Made by a program: the position numbers and the translations under genes. Of a DNA stretch of 64,000 bases, positions 36,914-45,882 are shown piece by piece. Under the pieces are notes generated by a model, which did not search any database, had not been told where the DNA came from, and saw only the letters and a list, made by a program, of their open reading frames with translations. The stretch comes from Alphaproteobacteria bacterium (GTDB lineage Bacteria > Pseudomonadota > Alphaproteobacteria > GCA-2731375): assembly GCA_965232515.1 (NCBI GenBank), contig CBDDPY010000002.1, positions 3,520,001 through 3,584,000 of the forward strand. The letters run 5' to 3'. Each line of letters opens with the position of its first letter. The stretch's first letter is position 1.

Positions 36914-39346
36914 TCAGGCGGCAAGGCGACGGCGGCGTCGTTGAAACCAGAATCCGCCGAGCGCCGCCAGGAACAATGCGAGGCTGCCAGGTTCCGGCAC
37001 GGCCGCGACCGACGTCGGGAAGGTGAAGCGGGCCAGGATCGGATCATGGTCGCTGGCCTGATCGCGGAAGCCGGTGTTGGTGTGGACGATGTCGAATTCG
37101 GGCATCGCCATATCGAGCAGGTTGGCGCTGACCAGCAGGTGGTCGAGCTGCTGCGAATTGCCTTCGAAGATAAAGGAATAGATGTCGGTCGGGTCGAGGC
37201 CGCTTTCGGTCACCAGGTTGAACAGCACCGGATCGATCAGGCCGCCGGCCAACAGCTCGAGCGGCGTATAGAACTGGAATTCGTTCAGATCGCCCAGCAC
37301 GATCAGGTTCATGTCGGGATCCGCGGCTAAAAGCTGGTCGACGAAGTCGTTGACGAACTGGGCCTGCGCCTCGCGCTCGTCGACGCTGCCGTTGGCCGGC
37401 GGCTGGGTGGTCCCGAACAGCGGATCGCTGCCGCCCTTCGACGAGAAGTGGTTGTTGATGACCGTGATTTCCTCGCCATTGAACAGGAACGTCGCCAGCA
37501 CCGGCTTGCGCGTGCTCTCAAACGCGTCGTCGCCGTCCGTATCCTCGAGGCGCTCGACCGAACCGGGCACCAGCTCGACGCGGTTCGGATTGTAGAGGTA
37601 GCCGACACGGATATTGCCGCCGGGCTGACCGCCGTCCTGGCCGTCCTCGGGCGGCACGTCAATGAACTCGTACTGCGGTCCGCCGGCATCGACGATGGCC
37701 TGGATCAGGGTTTCGTAGGTCAGGCTGGCGCTGGTCTCGCCGTCGTTGGTCGAGCCCGTGTTGTCCTGCACTTCCTGTAGGCCAATGATATCTGGCCGGT
37801 TCAGGTTGTTGACGATCTGCTGCGCCAAGTCGGCGAACTGACCGTTGGCGATATCGGTGCTGCCGTCCTGGTCGTTCGGGTCCAGGTTCAGCACGTTGAA
37901 GCTGGCGACCGTCACCTGATCCGACGTGCCGACGAGATCGCTGGTCTCGCTGACGAGACCGCCGTCGGTCGCCTGCACCGGATCGAGGGGCCGGATGAAA
38001 TAGTCGTTGAAACCGAAATCGACGACGCCGGTGATGTCGCCCAGGCCGTCGCCGACATTGGTGTCCGGCGCGCTGCCGGTATCCAGATCGACATCGATCA
38101 GCAAACGCTCGGGATTGAGGTCGGCGTCCAGCGGATTGTTCGGGTCGGGATCGGCGCTGATGGTGATGCCGCCGCGGCTGTTCACCGTGGTGGTGCCGTC
38201 GCCGTTGTTGGCGATGGCGTAGACCTGGCCGAACCGGTTGGTGTTGTCGACGGCCTGCGCGTCCTCGACCGTGACCAGCATGCCCTCCAGGCTCTCGTAG
38301 AAGTCGCGGCCATGGTTGTCGGGATCGAACACGGCACCGCCGGTATCGTCGATGATCTCGGTCGGCGGTTGCCGGCCGCCGATGCCGACCAAGGTCGGAG
38401 CGATCGCGTTGTTGCTGCTGGTGGTGTCGATCTGGCTGACCTGATCGATCTCAGTCGAGCCGAATTCTTCGTCGACCGTGCCGACGACCGTCACGCCGTC
38501 GCCCACCGCGACGGTGGGCGCGCCGCCGGTGAAGACGAAGATGCCGTCAGACGTGGCGGTGTCGCCGTCGCCCTGCTGGTCCTGCAGATAGAAGCCGTCG
38601 TTGGCGAGCGCCGTCACCACGCCCGAGGTCTCGACCTGCTGGCCCTCGAACGGCGAGACGTGCTGGGCGCCTTGAATTTCGAATATCGCCAGCTGCTGCG
38701 GCGGGATCGGCGTATCGAAAACCTGATTGGTGTTCGTGGCGCCGGCGGTCGCCGCCGGTTGCGCGGTCCAGATGAAGTCGCTTGCCTGCAGGCCCTGGCC
38801 GCTCAGCTGCAGAGAGGCGCCGGCCGGCGTGCCGCCGCTTTCCGAGACGCCGATGTCGGCGCTCGACATGCCGGCCGCCGGTCCGTTGTTGGCGGTGAAC
38901 GAGCCCTCGTAGCTGAGGAACTGAATGACGCTGTTCGTGTTGTCGACCAGCGCGAAGCCGTCGGCGGGGCCGTTTTGCAGGCCGTTGGTATTGTAGTTCA
39001 CCGTCGCGAAGCCGAATCCGCTGCCGGTATCGTCGCCAAGAATGCCGCTGAACACGTCGGATCCGGCGGGATTTGGCCCCGGGCTGGTATAGACGTTCCC
39101 GTTGTTGCCGTTGTAGCGGACGATGCTCCAGCCGGTTATGTCCGTGCCCGCCGTGCCGACGATTTCGATGAACTCGCCGCTGTCCGTGCCGTTGTTGTCG
39201 TAGTGGAACTCGTTGACGAAGACCACGGCCTGAGCCTGGCCGCTCGCCAGCACAAGGGCGAGCGCCGATGTGCCGGAGATCAGACGGCGACGCCAGCGGG
39301 GCGACAGCTCGGACGAACGAATCTGGGCGGTGTCTTTATGGAACAT
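36914..39346 (-). CDS. ExeM/NucH-like extracellular nuclease (lamin-tail-like, OB and EEP domains) with PEP-CTERM sorting signal
   Basis: VNEFHYDN..EFIEI, IFEIQG..SPF, SFNVLNL, GLQEVQD, GDLNEF, LDH and SDHDP motifs; C-terminus VPEPGSLALFLAALGGFWFQRRRRR. Confidence 0.92.
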   Translation of the reverse strand: MFHKDTAQIRSSELSPRWRRRLISGTSALALVLASGQAQAVVFVNEFHYDNNGTDSGEFIEIVGTAGTDITGWSIVRYNGNNGNVYTSPGPNPAGSDVFSGILGDDTGSGFGFATVNYNTNGLQNGPADGFALVDNTNSVIQFLSYEGSFTANNGPAAGMSSADIGVSESGGTPAGASLQLSGQGLQASDFIWTAQPAATAGATNTNQVFDTPIPPQQLAIFEIQGAQHVSPFEGQQVETSGVVTALANDGFYLQDQQGDGDTATSDGIFVFTGGAPTVAVGDGVTVVGTVDEEFGSTEIDQVSQIDTTSSNNAIAPTLVGIGGRQPPTEIIDDTGGAVFDPDNHGRDFYESLEGMLVTVEDAQAVDNTNRFGQVYAIANNGDGTTTVNSRGGITISADPDPNNPLDADLNPERLLIDVDLDTGSAPDTNVGDGLGDITGVVDFGFNDYFIRPLDPVQATDGGLVSETSDLVGTSDQVTVASFNVLNLDPNDQDGSTDIANGQFADLAQQIVNNLNRPDIIGLQEVQDNTGSTNDGETSASLTYETLIQAIVDAGGPQYEFIDVPPEDGQDGGQPGGNIRVGYLYNPNRVELVPGSVERLEDTDGDDAFESTRKPVLATFLFNGEEITVINNHFSSKGGSDPLFGTTQPPANGSVDEREAQAQFVNDFVDQLLAADPDMNLIVLGDLNEFQFYTPLELLAGGLIDPVLFNLVTESGLDPTDIYSFIFEGNSQQLDHLLVSANLLDMAMPEFDIVHTNTGFRDQASDHDPILARFTFPTSVAAVPEPGSLALFLAALGGFWFQRRRRRLAA

Positions 39347-39528
39347 CGGGGCCCCCTGCATACGGTTGTTGACCGCAGCGCCGCTTCGACCCTGCCGGGC
39401 CGTGCGATCTTCGCTTGCGTCTCGTTGATCGGACGCTAGTGGGGAAATGTTACAGCCGCTTGACGCGGCGACGACGGTTCCGCTCCGGAGGTCACGAAAT
39501 AGTCACGAGCGCCGGCCCAGTGAAACGT

Positions 39529-40365
39529 TCAGCCGATAAGGCCGGCGAGCCGGTCGAGACGCGGCAGGACATCGTCGCCCGCCGCCGACGGCAGCAGGAA
39601 GATGCCGCGCGCGACGCCGGCATCGGCGTAGCGCTTGATGTCGTCGCCGTCCGGCGCGACGCCGAACACCGTCACCTGGAAGGTCTCGGGGTCGCGGTTC
39701 GCTTCCGCCGCCATCTGCCGGAAGCGTGGCATCACGTCGAGGATGTCCAGCGACCGGCCGCCGATCGGCATCCAGCCGTCGCCATACTCGATGGCCCGGC
39801 GCGCGCCGTGCGGGAAGCCGCCGCCGACGATAACGGGCGGGTGCGGCTTCTGCACCGGCTTGGGCCAGGTCATCATCGGCTCGAAATCGACGAAGTCGCC
39901 GTGGTACTCAGGCTGCTTCTCGGTCCAGATCGCCTTGATGGCGGCGATGCGCTCGCGCATCAGGCTGAACCGGGTCTTGAAGTCGGTGCCGTGGTCGGCC
40001 ATTTCCTCGGCATTCCAGCCGCCGCCAACGCCCATGATCACCCGGCCCTTGGAGATCTGGTCGAGCGTGGAGATTTCCTTGGCGAGCTGGATCGGATCGC
40101 GCTGCACGACCAGGCAGATCCCCGTGCAGAGCTTCAGATCAGTCGTCACGGTCGCGGCCGAGGCCAGCGAGACCAGGGGATCGAAGCAATCGTAGTACGG
40201 CTTCGGCAGCTCGCCGCCGCCGGGCCAGGGCGATTTCCGCGAGGCCGGGATATGCGAATGCTCCGGCAGCCACAGCGACTCGAAGCCCCGCTCTTCCAGC
40301 GCCATCGCAAGATCGGCGGGCGAAATCGAATAGTCCGTCGGAAATATGGTGACGCCGAATTTCAT
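39529..40365 (-). CDS. LLM-class oxidoreductase (putative F420-dependent, Rv2161c-like)
   Basis: GFESLWLPEHSHIP, RDPIQLAKEISTLD, GGWNAEEM and PKPVQKPHPP motifs. Confidence 0.9.
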   Translation of the reverse strand: MKFGVTIFPTDYSISPADLAMALEERGFESLWLPEHSHIPASRKSPWPGGGELPKPYYDCFDPLVSLASAATVTTDLKLCTGICLVVQRDPIQLAKEISTLDQISKGRVIMGVGGGWNAEEMADHGTDFKTRFSLMRERIAAIKAIWTEKQPEYHGDFVDFEPMMTWPKPVQKPHPPVIVGGGFPHGARRAIEYGDGWMPIGGRSLDILDVMPRFRQMAAEANRDPETFQVTVFGVAPDGDDIKRYADAGVARGIFLLPSAAGDDVLPRLDRLAGLIG

Positions 40366-40402
40366 CCTGCCGCCTCGAATTTTCCGGAAAATCGTCGGCG
40401 GC

Positions 40403-40476
40403 TGGAGCGGGCGAAGGGAATCGAACCCTCGTCGTAAGCTTGGGAAGCTTCTGCTCTACCATTGAGCTACGCCCGC
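40403..40476 (-). tRNA. tRNA-Gly (anticodon CCC)
   Basis: GCGGGCGTAGCTCAATGGTAGAGCAGAAGCTTCCCAAGCTTACGACGAGGGTTCGATTCCCTTCGCCCGCTCCA, a 74-nt cloverleaf with encoded CCA. Confidence 0.97.
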
Positions 40477-40712
40477 GCGACGCCGATAGACAACGCGTGT
40501 TTCGCAATTTGATACGATATCCGCCGCCGATCAATGGTTTATACTCGGGCCAAAACAAGAATCGCCGTGGGGAGAGGCGGCATCAAACCTGGATCACGCG
40601 TCCGCGAGGATGCGGGGTAAAGCGTTGACATCGTTGGTTCGACGCCACACGTTCGCTGCGGTGCAGCAGGTCGGATGCTGCTGTGGGGGCTGATAGGGGA
40701 AGGTAGTCGTTT

Positions 40713-41675
40713 ATGAGCAATGTCAGCGCCGTCGAGGACGTCACACGTCTCGACGCGACCAAGTTTCGTGATCCCGATACCACCGCCGACGGCCAGAAAC
40801 GTGCCTCCGTGGCTCTGAACGGGCTCAGAACCCTGTGGTTCAACACCGGCACGCTGTGCAACCTGACCTGCACCAACTGCTACATCGAATCCAGTCCGAC
40901 CAACGACCGCCTGTCCTATATCTCGGCCGCCGAAGTGGCGGCGCTGCTGGATGAGCTCGATCGCGACTGGCAGGCCGACGAGATCGGCTTCACCGGCGGC
41001 GAGCCGTTCATGAATCCCGAAATCATCCCCATGCTGGAGGATTCGCTCAGCCGCGGCTACGACGTCCTGGTCCTGACCAATGCGATGCGGCCGATGCTGA
41101 AGCTGAAGGCGCCGCTCTTGGACCTGAAGGAACGCTACGGCGACAAACTCTGCCTCCGCGTCTCCATCGACCATTATTCGAAGGAGCTGCACGAGGTCGA
41201 ACGCGGCGCGCATGCTTGGGATCGCATGATCGAAGGCCTGACCTGGTTGTCCGAGAACGGTTTCCACATCAACGCTGCCGGCCGGACATATTGGCCAGAG
41301 AGCGAGGATCGGCTGCGCGAGGGCTATGGCCGGACCTTCAAGGCGCACGGCATCCGTATCGACCATAACGACCCCGCCGCCATGGTGTTGTTTCCCGAAA
41401 TGGACGAGACCGTGGATGTGCCCGAGATCACCGAAGCCTGCTGGGGTATCCTCAACGTCAATCCCGACGACATGATGTGCGCCAGCCAGCGCATGGTGGT
41501 GAAGCGCAAGGGCGAGGACAAACCGAAGGTCGTGCCCTGCACGCTGCTGCCCTACGACACCGAGTTCGAGATGGGCACAACGCTGGCCGAGGCCGGCGGC
41601 GACGTAAAGCTCAACCATCCGCATTGCGCCAAGTTCTGCGTCCTGGGCGGCGGCTCCTGCAGCGTCGGCGACTGA
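40713..41675 (+). CDS. Radical SAM protein with Cys-rich C-terminus
   Basis: CNLTCTNC (CxxxCxxC), FTGGEPF, and C-terminal HPHCAKFCVLGGGSCS. Confidence 0.92.
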   Translation: MSNVSAVEDVTRLDATKFRDPDTTADGQKRASVALNGLRTLWFNTGTLCNLTCTNCYIESSPTNDRLSYISAAEVAALLDELDRDWQADEIGFTGGEPFMNPEIIPMLEDSLSRGYDVLVLTNAMRPMLKLKAPLLDLKERYGDKLCLRVSIDHYSKELHEVERGAHAWDRMIEGLTWLSENGFHINAAGRTYWPESEDRLREGYGRTFKAHGIRIDHNDPAAMVLFPEMDETVDVPEITEACWGILNVNPDDMMCASQRMVVKRKGEDKPKVVPCTLLPYDTEFEMGTTLAEAGGDVKLNHPHCAKFCVLGGGSCSVGD

Positions 41676-41685
41676 CGGCGCACCC

Positions 41686-42576
41686 ATGACCGTCAGAATC
41701 GAGCAGGGCCACCGGATCGGTGACCTGGGCGAGCTGGCTGGGCCCGTCCTGGTGTTCGGCGGTCCCTACAGCAACTTTGAAGCGACCGTCGCCGTGCTGG
41801 CGGAGGCCGGGCGCCTCGGCGTGCCGATGGATCAGGTGATCTGCACCGGCGACGTCGTCGCTTATTGCAGCGATCCGCAGGCCACGGTCGACGCCATTCG
41901 CGCCGCCGGCGTGCATGTCGTCATGGGCAATTGCGAGGAGAGCCTGGGCCAGGGCGCTGAGGATTGCGGCTGCGGCTTCGAGGAAGGCAGCGACTGCGAC
42001 CTGCTGTCGGTGCAATGGTACGCCTATGCCGACGCGCATCTGAGCATGGACGCGCGGCGCTGGATGAACGGGCTGCCGCACCGCCTGCGCTTCCGCCTGA
42101 ACGGCCGCCAGTTCACGGTCGTGCACGGCGCCGCGTCCAGCATCAACCGCTTCGTCTTCGCGTCCGACCCGGCCACGGTCAAGCTGGCCGAGCTGGCGCT
42201 CTGCGGCGGCGACGCCGTGATCGGCGGCCATTGCGGTCTGCCGTTCAGCCAGGTCGTCGACGGCAAACTGTGGCACAACGCCGGCGTCGTCGGCATGCCG
42301 GCGAACGACGGCCGCACCCAGGTCTGGTACAGCCTGCTGCGGCCGGCCGGCGACGGTATCGAGATCCAGCACCGGCAGTTGGCCTACGACCACATGTCGG
42401 CGGCGCGGAAGATGCGCGCGCGCGGCCTACCGGCCGGCTATGCCGACAGCCTCGAGACCGGCTTCTGGCCAAACCTCGACATTCTGCCGCCGGCCGAGAC
42501 GGCGGCGAGCGGCCGGCCGCTGCACCTGCCAACCGTGCAATGGCTGCCCGACCGGGCTAACGCGGCCGTGTCGTAA
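41686..42576 (+). CDS. Metallophosphoesterase-family protein with Cys-rich insert
   Basis: GGPYSN, CTGDVVAY, MGNCEE, CGCGFEEGSDC, VHG, GGHCG and NAGVVGMP motifs. Confidence 0.88.
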   Translation: MTVRIEQGHRIGDLGELAGPVLVFGGPYSNFEATVAVLAEAGRLGVPMDQVICTGDVVAYCSDPQATVDAIRAAGVHVVMGNCEESLGQGAEDCGCGFEEGSDCDLLSVQWYAYADAHLSMDARRWMNGLPHRLRFRLNGRQFTVVHGAASSINRFVFASDPATVKLAELALCGGDAVIGGHCGLPFSQVVDGKLWHNAGVVGMPANDGRTQVWYSLLRPAGDGIEIQHRQLAYDHMSAARKMRARGLPAGYADSLETGFWPNLDILPPAETAASGRPLHLPTVQWLPDRANAAVS

Positions 42577-42620
42577 TCGCCGCTTCACGGGCACGGCGGA
42601 TTGCCCGTAACATCGGGTCC

Positions 42621-43823
42621 ATGTCTTACGATCGACCGTTTGCCGGCTTGCGCGTGCTGGACATGAGCCAGGGCGTCGCCGGTCCCTATTGCGGCATGTT
42701 GCTGGCGCAATGGGGCGCCGAGGTGGTCAAGCTGGAGCCGCCGGAGGGTGATTGGGCCCGCCAGCTCGGCACCCGCCATGGCGACCATTCCGCCACCGAG
42801 CTCACCCACAATCGCGGCAAAAAGAGCATTGTCGTCGACCTGAAGTCGCCCGACGGTCTGGCCGTTGCGCGGCGTCTGGCGGCCCGCGCCGACGTGCTGA
42901 TCGAAAGCTCGCGCCCCGGCGTCGCCGCCCGCCTCGGCATCGGCTATGACGATGTCAGCCGCGACAATCCCGGCGTCATCTATCTGTCGGTCAGCGGCTA
43001 TGGCCAGACCGGACCGTATGCCGACCGACCGTGCACCGATACCGTCGGCCAGGCCTTTTCCGGCCTGATGTCGGCGAACCGGGGCAACGACGGCGAGCCG
43101 CACAGGGTCGGCCTGATCATCATCGACGAGATCACCGCGCTCTACGCGTTCCAGGCCGTCTCGGCCGCGCTCTATGCCCGCCGCGACGTCGGCCACGGCC
43201 GCTTCATCGATGTCAACCTGATGCAGGCCGCGGCCGCACTGCAGGCCTCGAAAATCGTCGAGCACCATCTGGAGGGCGGCGAGGCGCGACCACTGAACGC
43301 GCCGGCCGGCAGCTATCGCACCAAGGACGGCTGGATCGCGGTGACGCTGGTGCGGGAATCCCATTTCCGCGATCTCTGCGCCGCCATGGATCGCGCCGAC
43401 CTGGCCGACGATCCCCGTTTCGTCAGCTTTCAGAGCCGGGCCGAGCATATCGATGCACTGGCGCCGATCGTTCGCGATATCCTGGCCCAGGACACGACCG
43501 ACGGCTGGCTCGCCCGTCTGGGCGCCGCCGGCGTGCTCTGCAACCGGATCAACGACTACGGCGACTGGCTCACCGACGATCACGTCGCGGCCGTCGGAGC
43601 GGCGCCCATGCGGCACCAGCCGGGGCTCGGCGTCCTGCCGATGCCGCGTCTGCCGGGCGCGCTCGACCAGGACGACGACGATGGCCGACATCGCGCGCCG
43701 GCGCTGGGCGGCGACGGACGCGCTGTTCTGGCCGATCTCGGCTATGCCGAGGCGGAGATATTGGCGCTCGCCGAGGGCGGCGCCGTTCGCCTGCGCGATC
43801 CGGTGGGGAAGGCCGCGGAATGA
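42621..43823 (+). CDS. Family III CoA-transferase (CaiB/BaiF)
   Basis: VLDMSQGVAGPYC, GAEVVKLEPPEGD, NRGKKS and SGYGQTGP motifs. Confidence 0.93.
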   Translation: MSYDRPFAGLRVLDMSQGVAGPYCGMLLAQWGAEVVKLEPPEGDWARQLGTRHGDHSATELTHNRGKKSIVVDLKSPDGLAVARRLAARADVLIESSRPGVAARLGIGYDDVSRDNPGVIYLSVSGYGQTGPYADRPCTDTVGQAFSGLMSANRGNDGEPHRVGLIIIDEITALYAFQAVSAALYARRDVGHGRFIDVNLMQAAAALQASKIVEHHLEGGEARPLNAPAGSYRTKDGWIAVTLVRESHFRDLCAAMDRADLADDPRFVSFQSRAEHIDALAPIVRDILAQDTTDGWLARLGAAGVLCNRINDYGDWLTDDHVAAVGAAPMRHQPGLGVLPMPRLPGALDQDDDDGRHRAPALGGDGRAVLADLGYAEAEILALAEGGAVRLRDPVGKAAE

Positions 43824-44308
43824 GCGACAAACCGTTTTCGCCGGCCGATCATAAATTCGCCGAGCCGAAGTATTTCGAGGACCTGCAGGTCGGCGAGCAG
43901 TTCTACATCCCCTCGCGGACGCTGGGCGAGGCCAACTTCGCGGCCTTCCAGACCGCGTCCGGCGACAACCATCCGATCCACTATGACGTGGAATACTGCC
44001 GCGCCCGCGGCCATCGGGACCTGCTGGCGCACGGTTTCCAGGTGCTGATCCAGACCGCCGCCGGCGCCGGCATCTTTCCGCACGTGATCGGCGATGCCCT
44101 GATTGGTTTCATCGAGCAGTCCAGCCGGTTCCTGAAGCCGGTCTATGCCGGCGATACGGTCTATCCGATGCTGACGATCACCGACCTGAAAGCGCAGCGC
44201 AGCACCGGCGTCGTCACGGTGGCGTCCACCGTGCACAACCAGAGCGGCGAGCTGGTGCTGGAGGGCGAGCAGAAGTACCTGATCCGGCGACGGCAACCTG
44301 CTGCGTAA
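43820..44308 (+). CDS. MaoC-family (R)-specific enoyl-CoA hydratase
   Basis: YFEDLQVG, SGDNHPIH and FLKPVYAGDT motifs; ATGA overlap with the CoA-transferase. Confidence 0.92.
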   Translation: MSDKPFSPADHKFAEPKYFEDLQVGEQFYIPSRTLGEANFAAFQTASGDNHPIHYDVEYCRARGHRDLLAHGFQVLIQTAAGAGIFPHVIGDALIGFIEQSSRFLKPVYAGDTVYPMLTITDLKAQRSTGVVTVASTVHNQSGELVLEGEQKYLIRRRQPAA

Positions 44309-44443
44309 GCCTTTCAGTTAACCGCGTCCCGATTCGGCCGCAATTTCTTCGCCAAAGGGTCACAATCCCGGCACGGAAGCGCCAACTTCCACGGTTACGA
44401 CCTCGTCTCGACACGCCAAATGGCTGCAAGGAGAGACGGGGCG

Positions 44444-45319
44444 ATGCGGGAAGTCATCACAAGATACGGCGCGATTGCCACACTGGTGGTCGCGACGGCC
44501 GGGTGCACCACCTGGGATATGGAAGAGCTACAGGCGACGGCGCCGGCGGGCGACCGGTTTCAACAGGCGCTGGCAGGCGAATATCTGGCCTTCGCCCAGT
44601 CCGAGGCCGCCCAGTACGACTGGGTCGATTCGCAGCATTTCGCCCGCAAGGGCCTGATCGCGGCCAAGGCCGGCGAGACGGCCCCGGAGGCGCCCGACGG
44701 CTGGCGGCTGCCGCGCGAGACCGTTGCTGCCATCGGCGACGCCCGGCAGCGGCTGCTGGCGGCCTTCGCGGCCGACGCGCGGCGGCAGGAACCCAAATTG
44801 GCCGCTCGGGCGCAATTGCATTACGACTGCTGGCTGGAGCAGCAGGAAGAGAACTGGCAGACCGATCACATCGCCGCCTGCCGCGACGGTCTCGCCGCCG
44901 ACCTCGACCGGCTGGAGCGGTCGCTGAAGCTGACCGCACTGCCGGCCGGCCCGAACCCGACGGCCTTCCCGGCCGCTCTCACCTACATGGAAGACGTCTA
45001 CGTGCTGCGCTTCGCCCATGACCGCGCCGAGATCGGCCCGGCCGGACAGGCCATTCTGAAACAGATCTTGAGCGATCTGCGCGCCGATCCCGATGCCCGC
45101 ATCGCGGTGCACGGCCACGCCGACCGGTCGGGGCGAGCCGACTACAACCTGTCGCTGTCCGGCCAGCGCGCTCAGGCCGTGGTCGACGCGCTGACGGCGG
45201 CCGGCATTCCGGAGGACGCGATCGAAATGCGTATGCATGGCGAAACCAACCCGGCCGTGGCGACGCCCGACGGTACGCGCGAGCCGCAGAATCGGCGGGT
45301 TGAGGTCTTCGTACAGTAA
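44444..45319 (+). CDS. OmpA-family lipoprotein
   Basis: Lipobox TAGC; GHADRSG..YNLSLSGQRA and NRRVEV motifs. Confidence 0.9.
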   Translation: MREVITRYGAIATLVVATAGCTTWDMEELQATAPAGDRFQQALAGEYLAFAQSEAAQYDWVDSQHFARKGLIAAKAGETAPEAPDGWRLPRETVAAIGDARQRLLAAFAADARRQEPKLAARAQLHYDCWLEQQEENWQTDHIAACRDGLAADLDRLERSLKLTALPAGPNPTAFPAALTYMEDVYVLRFAHDRAEIGPAGQAILKQILSDLRADPDARIAVHGHADRSGRADYNLSLSGQRAQAVVDALTAAGIPEDAIEMRMHGETNPAVATPDGTREPQNRRVEVFVQ

Positions 45320-45437
45320 GCGCTGCCGCCGTTCCGGCGGCCCGCCCCGGCTCTGGACAACCGCCCATGGTGGCGCAATATTGGCGGCATCAGCGGTAAC
45401 CATCGCCCATCCGGGCGTCGCCATTCGGGAGGCCGGG

Positions 45438-45830
45438 ATGTACGCGGAAACAACGTACGACATCCAAGTCCAGGTTCAGCCGACCTTTCTTGAGGACCAG
45501 TCGTCATCGGACGAGAACTACTACGTCTGGGCCTATAAGGTGCGGATCGAGAATCAGGGCTCGCGGACCGTGCAGCTGTTGAACCGCTACTGGCGGATTA
45601 CCGATTCCATGGGCCGCGTGCAGGAAGTGCGCGGCCCCGGCGTCGTCGGCGAGCAGCCGGTGCTGAAACCCGGCGACGTGTTCGAGTATTCCAGCGGCAC
45701 GCCGCTGAACACCACCTCCGGCATCATGGTCGGCAGCTACGAGATGAGCACGTCGGAGGGCGAGCGGATCGAGATCGCGATTCCGGCCTTCTCGCTCGAC
45801 ATACCCGACGAACCGCGGCAGTTGAACTGA
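45438..45830 (+). CDS. apaG: ApaG protein
   Basis: VQLLNRYWRITD, GPGVVGEQP, YSSGTPL and IPAFSLD motifs. Confidence 0.96.
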   Translation: MYAETTYDIQVQVQPTFLEDQSSSDENYYVWAYKVRIENQGSRTVQLLNRYWRITDSMGRVQEVRGPGVVGEQPVLKPGDVFEYSSGTPLNTTSGIMVGSYEMSTSEGERIEIAIPAFSLDIPDEPRQLN

Positions 45831-45882
45831 TCCGGCCGCCGCGCCGCGCCGCCGAATCGTCGCGAACGACGCGTCCGCCGAC

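Noticed and set aside
39347-39528. Sigma54 promoter expected upstream of a PEP-CTERM gene
   Set aside because: No convincing TGGCAC-N5-TTGC motif seen on the coding strand.
43031-43819. Long N-terminal extension of the MaoC ORF suggesting a frameshift fusion with the CoA-transferase
   Set aside because: Both genes are complete and joined by an ordinary ATGA overlap at 43820-43823.
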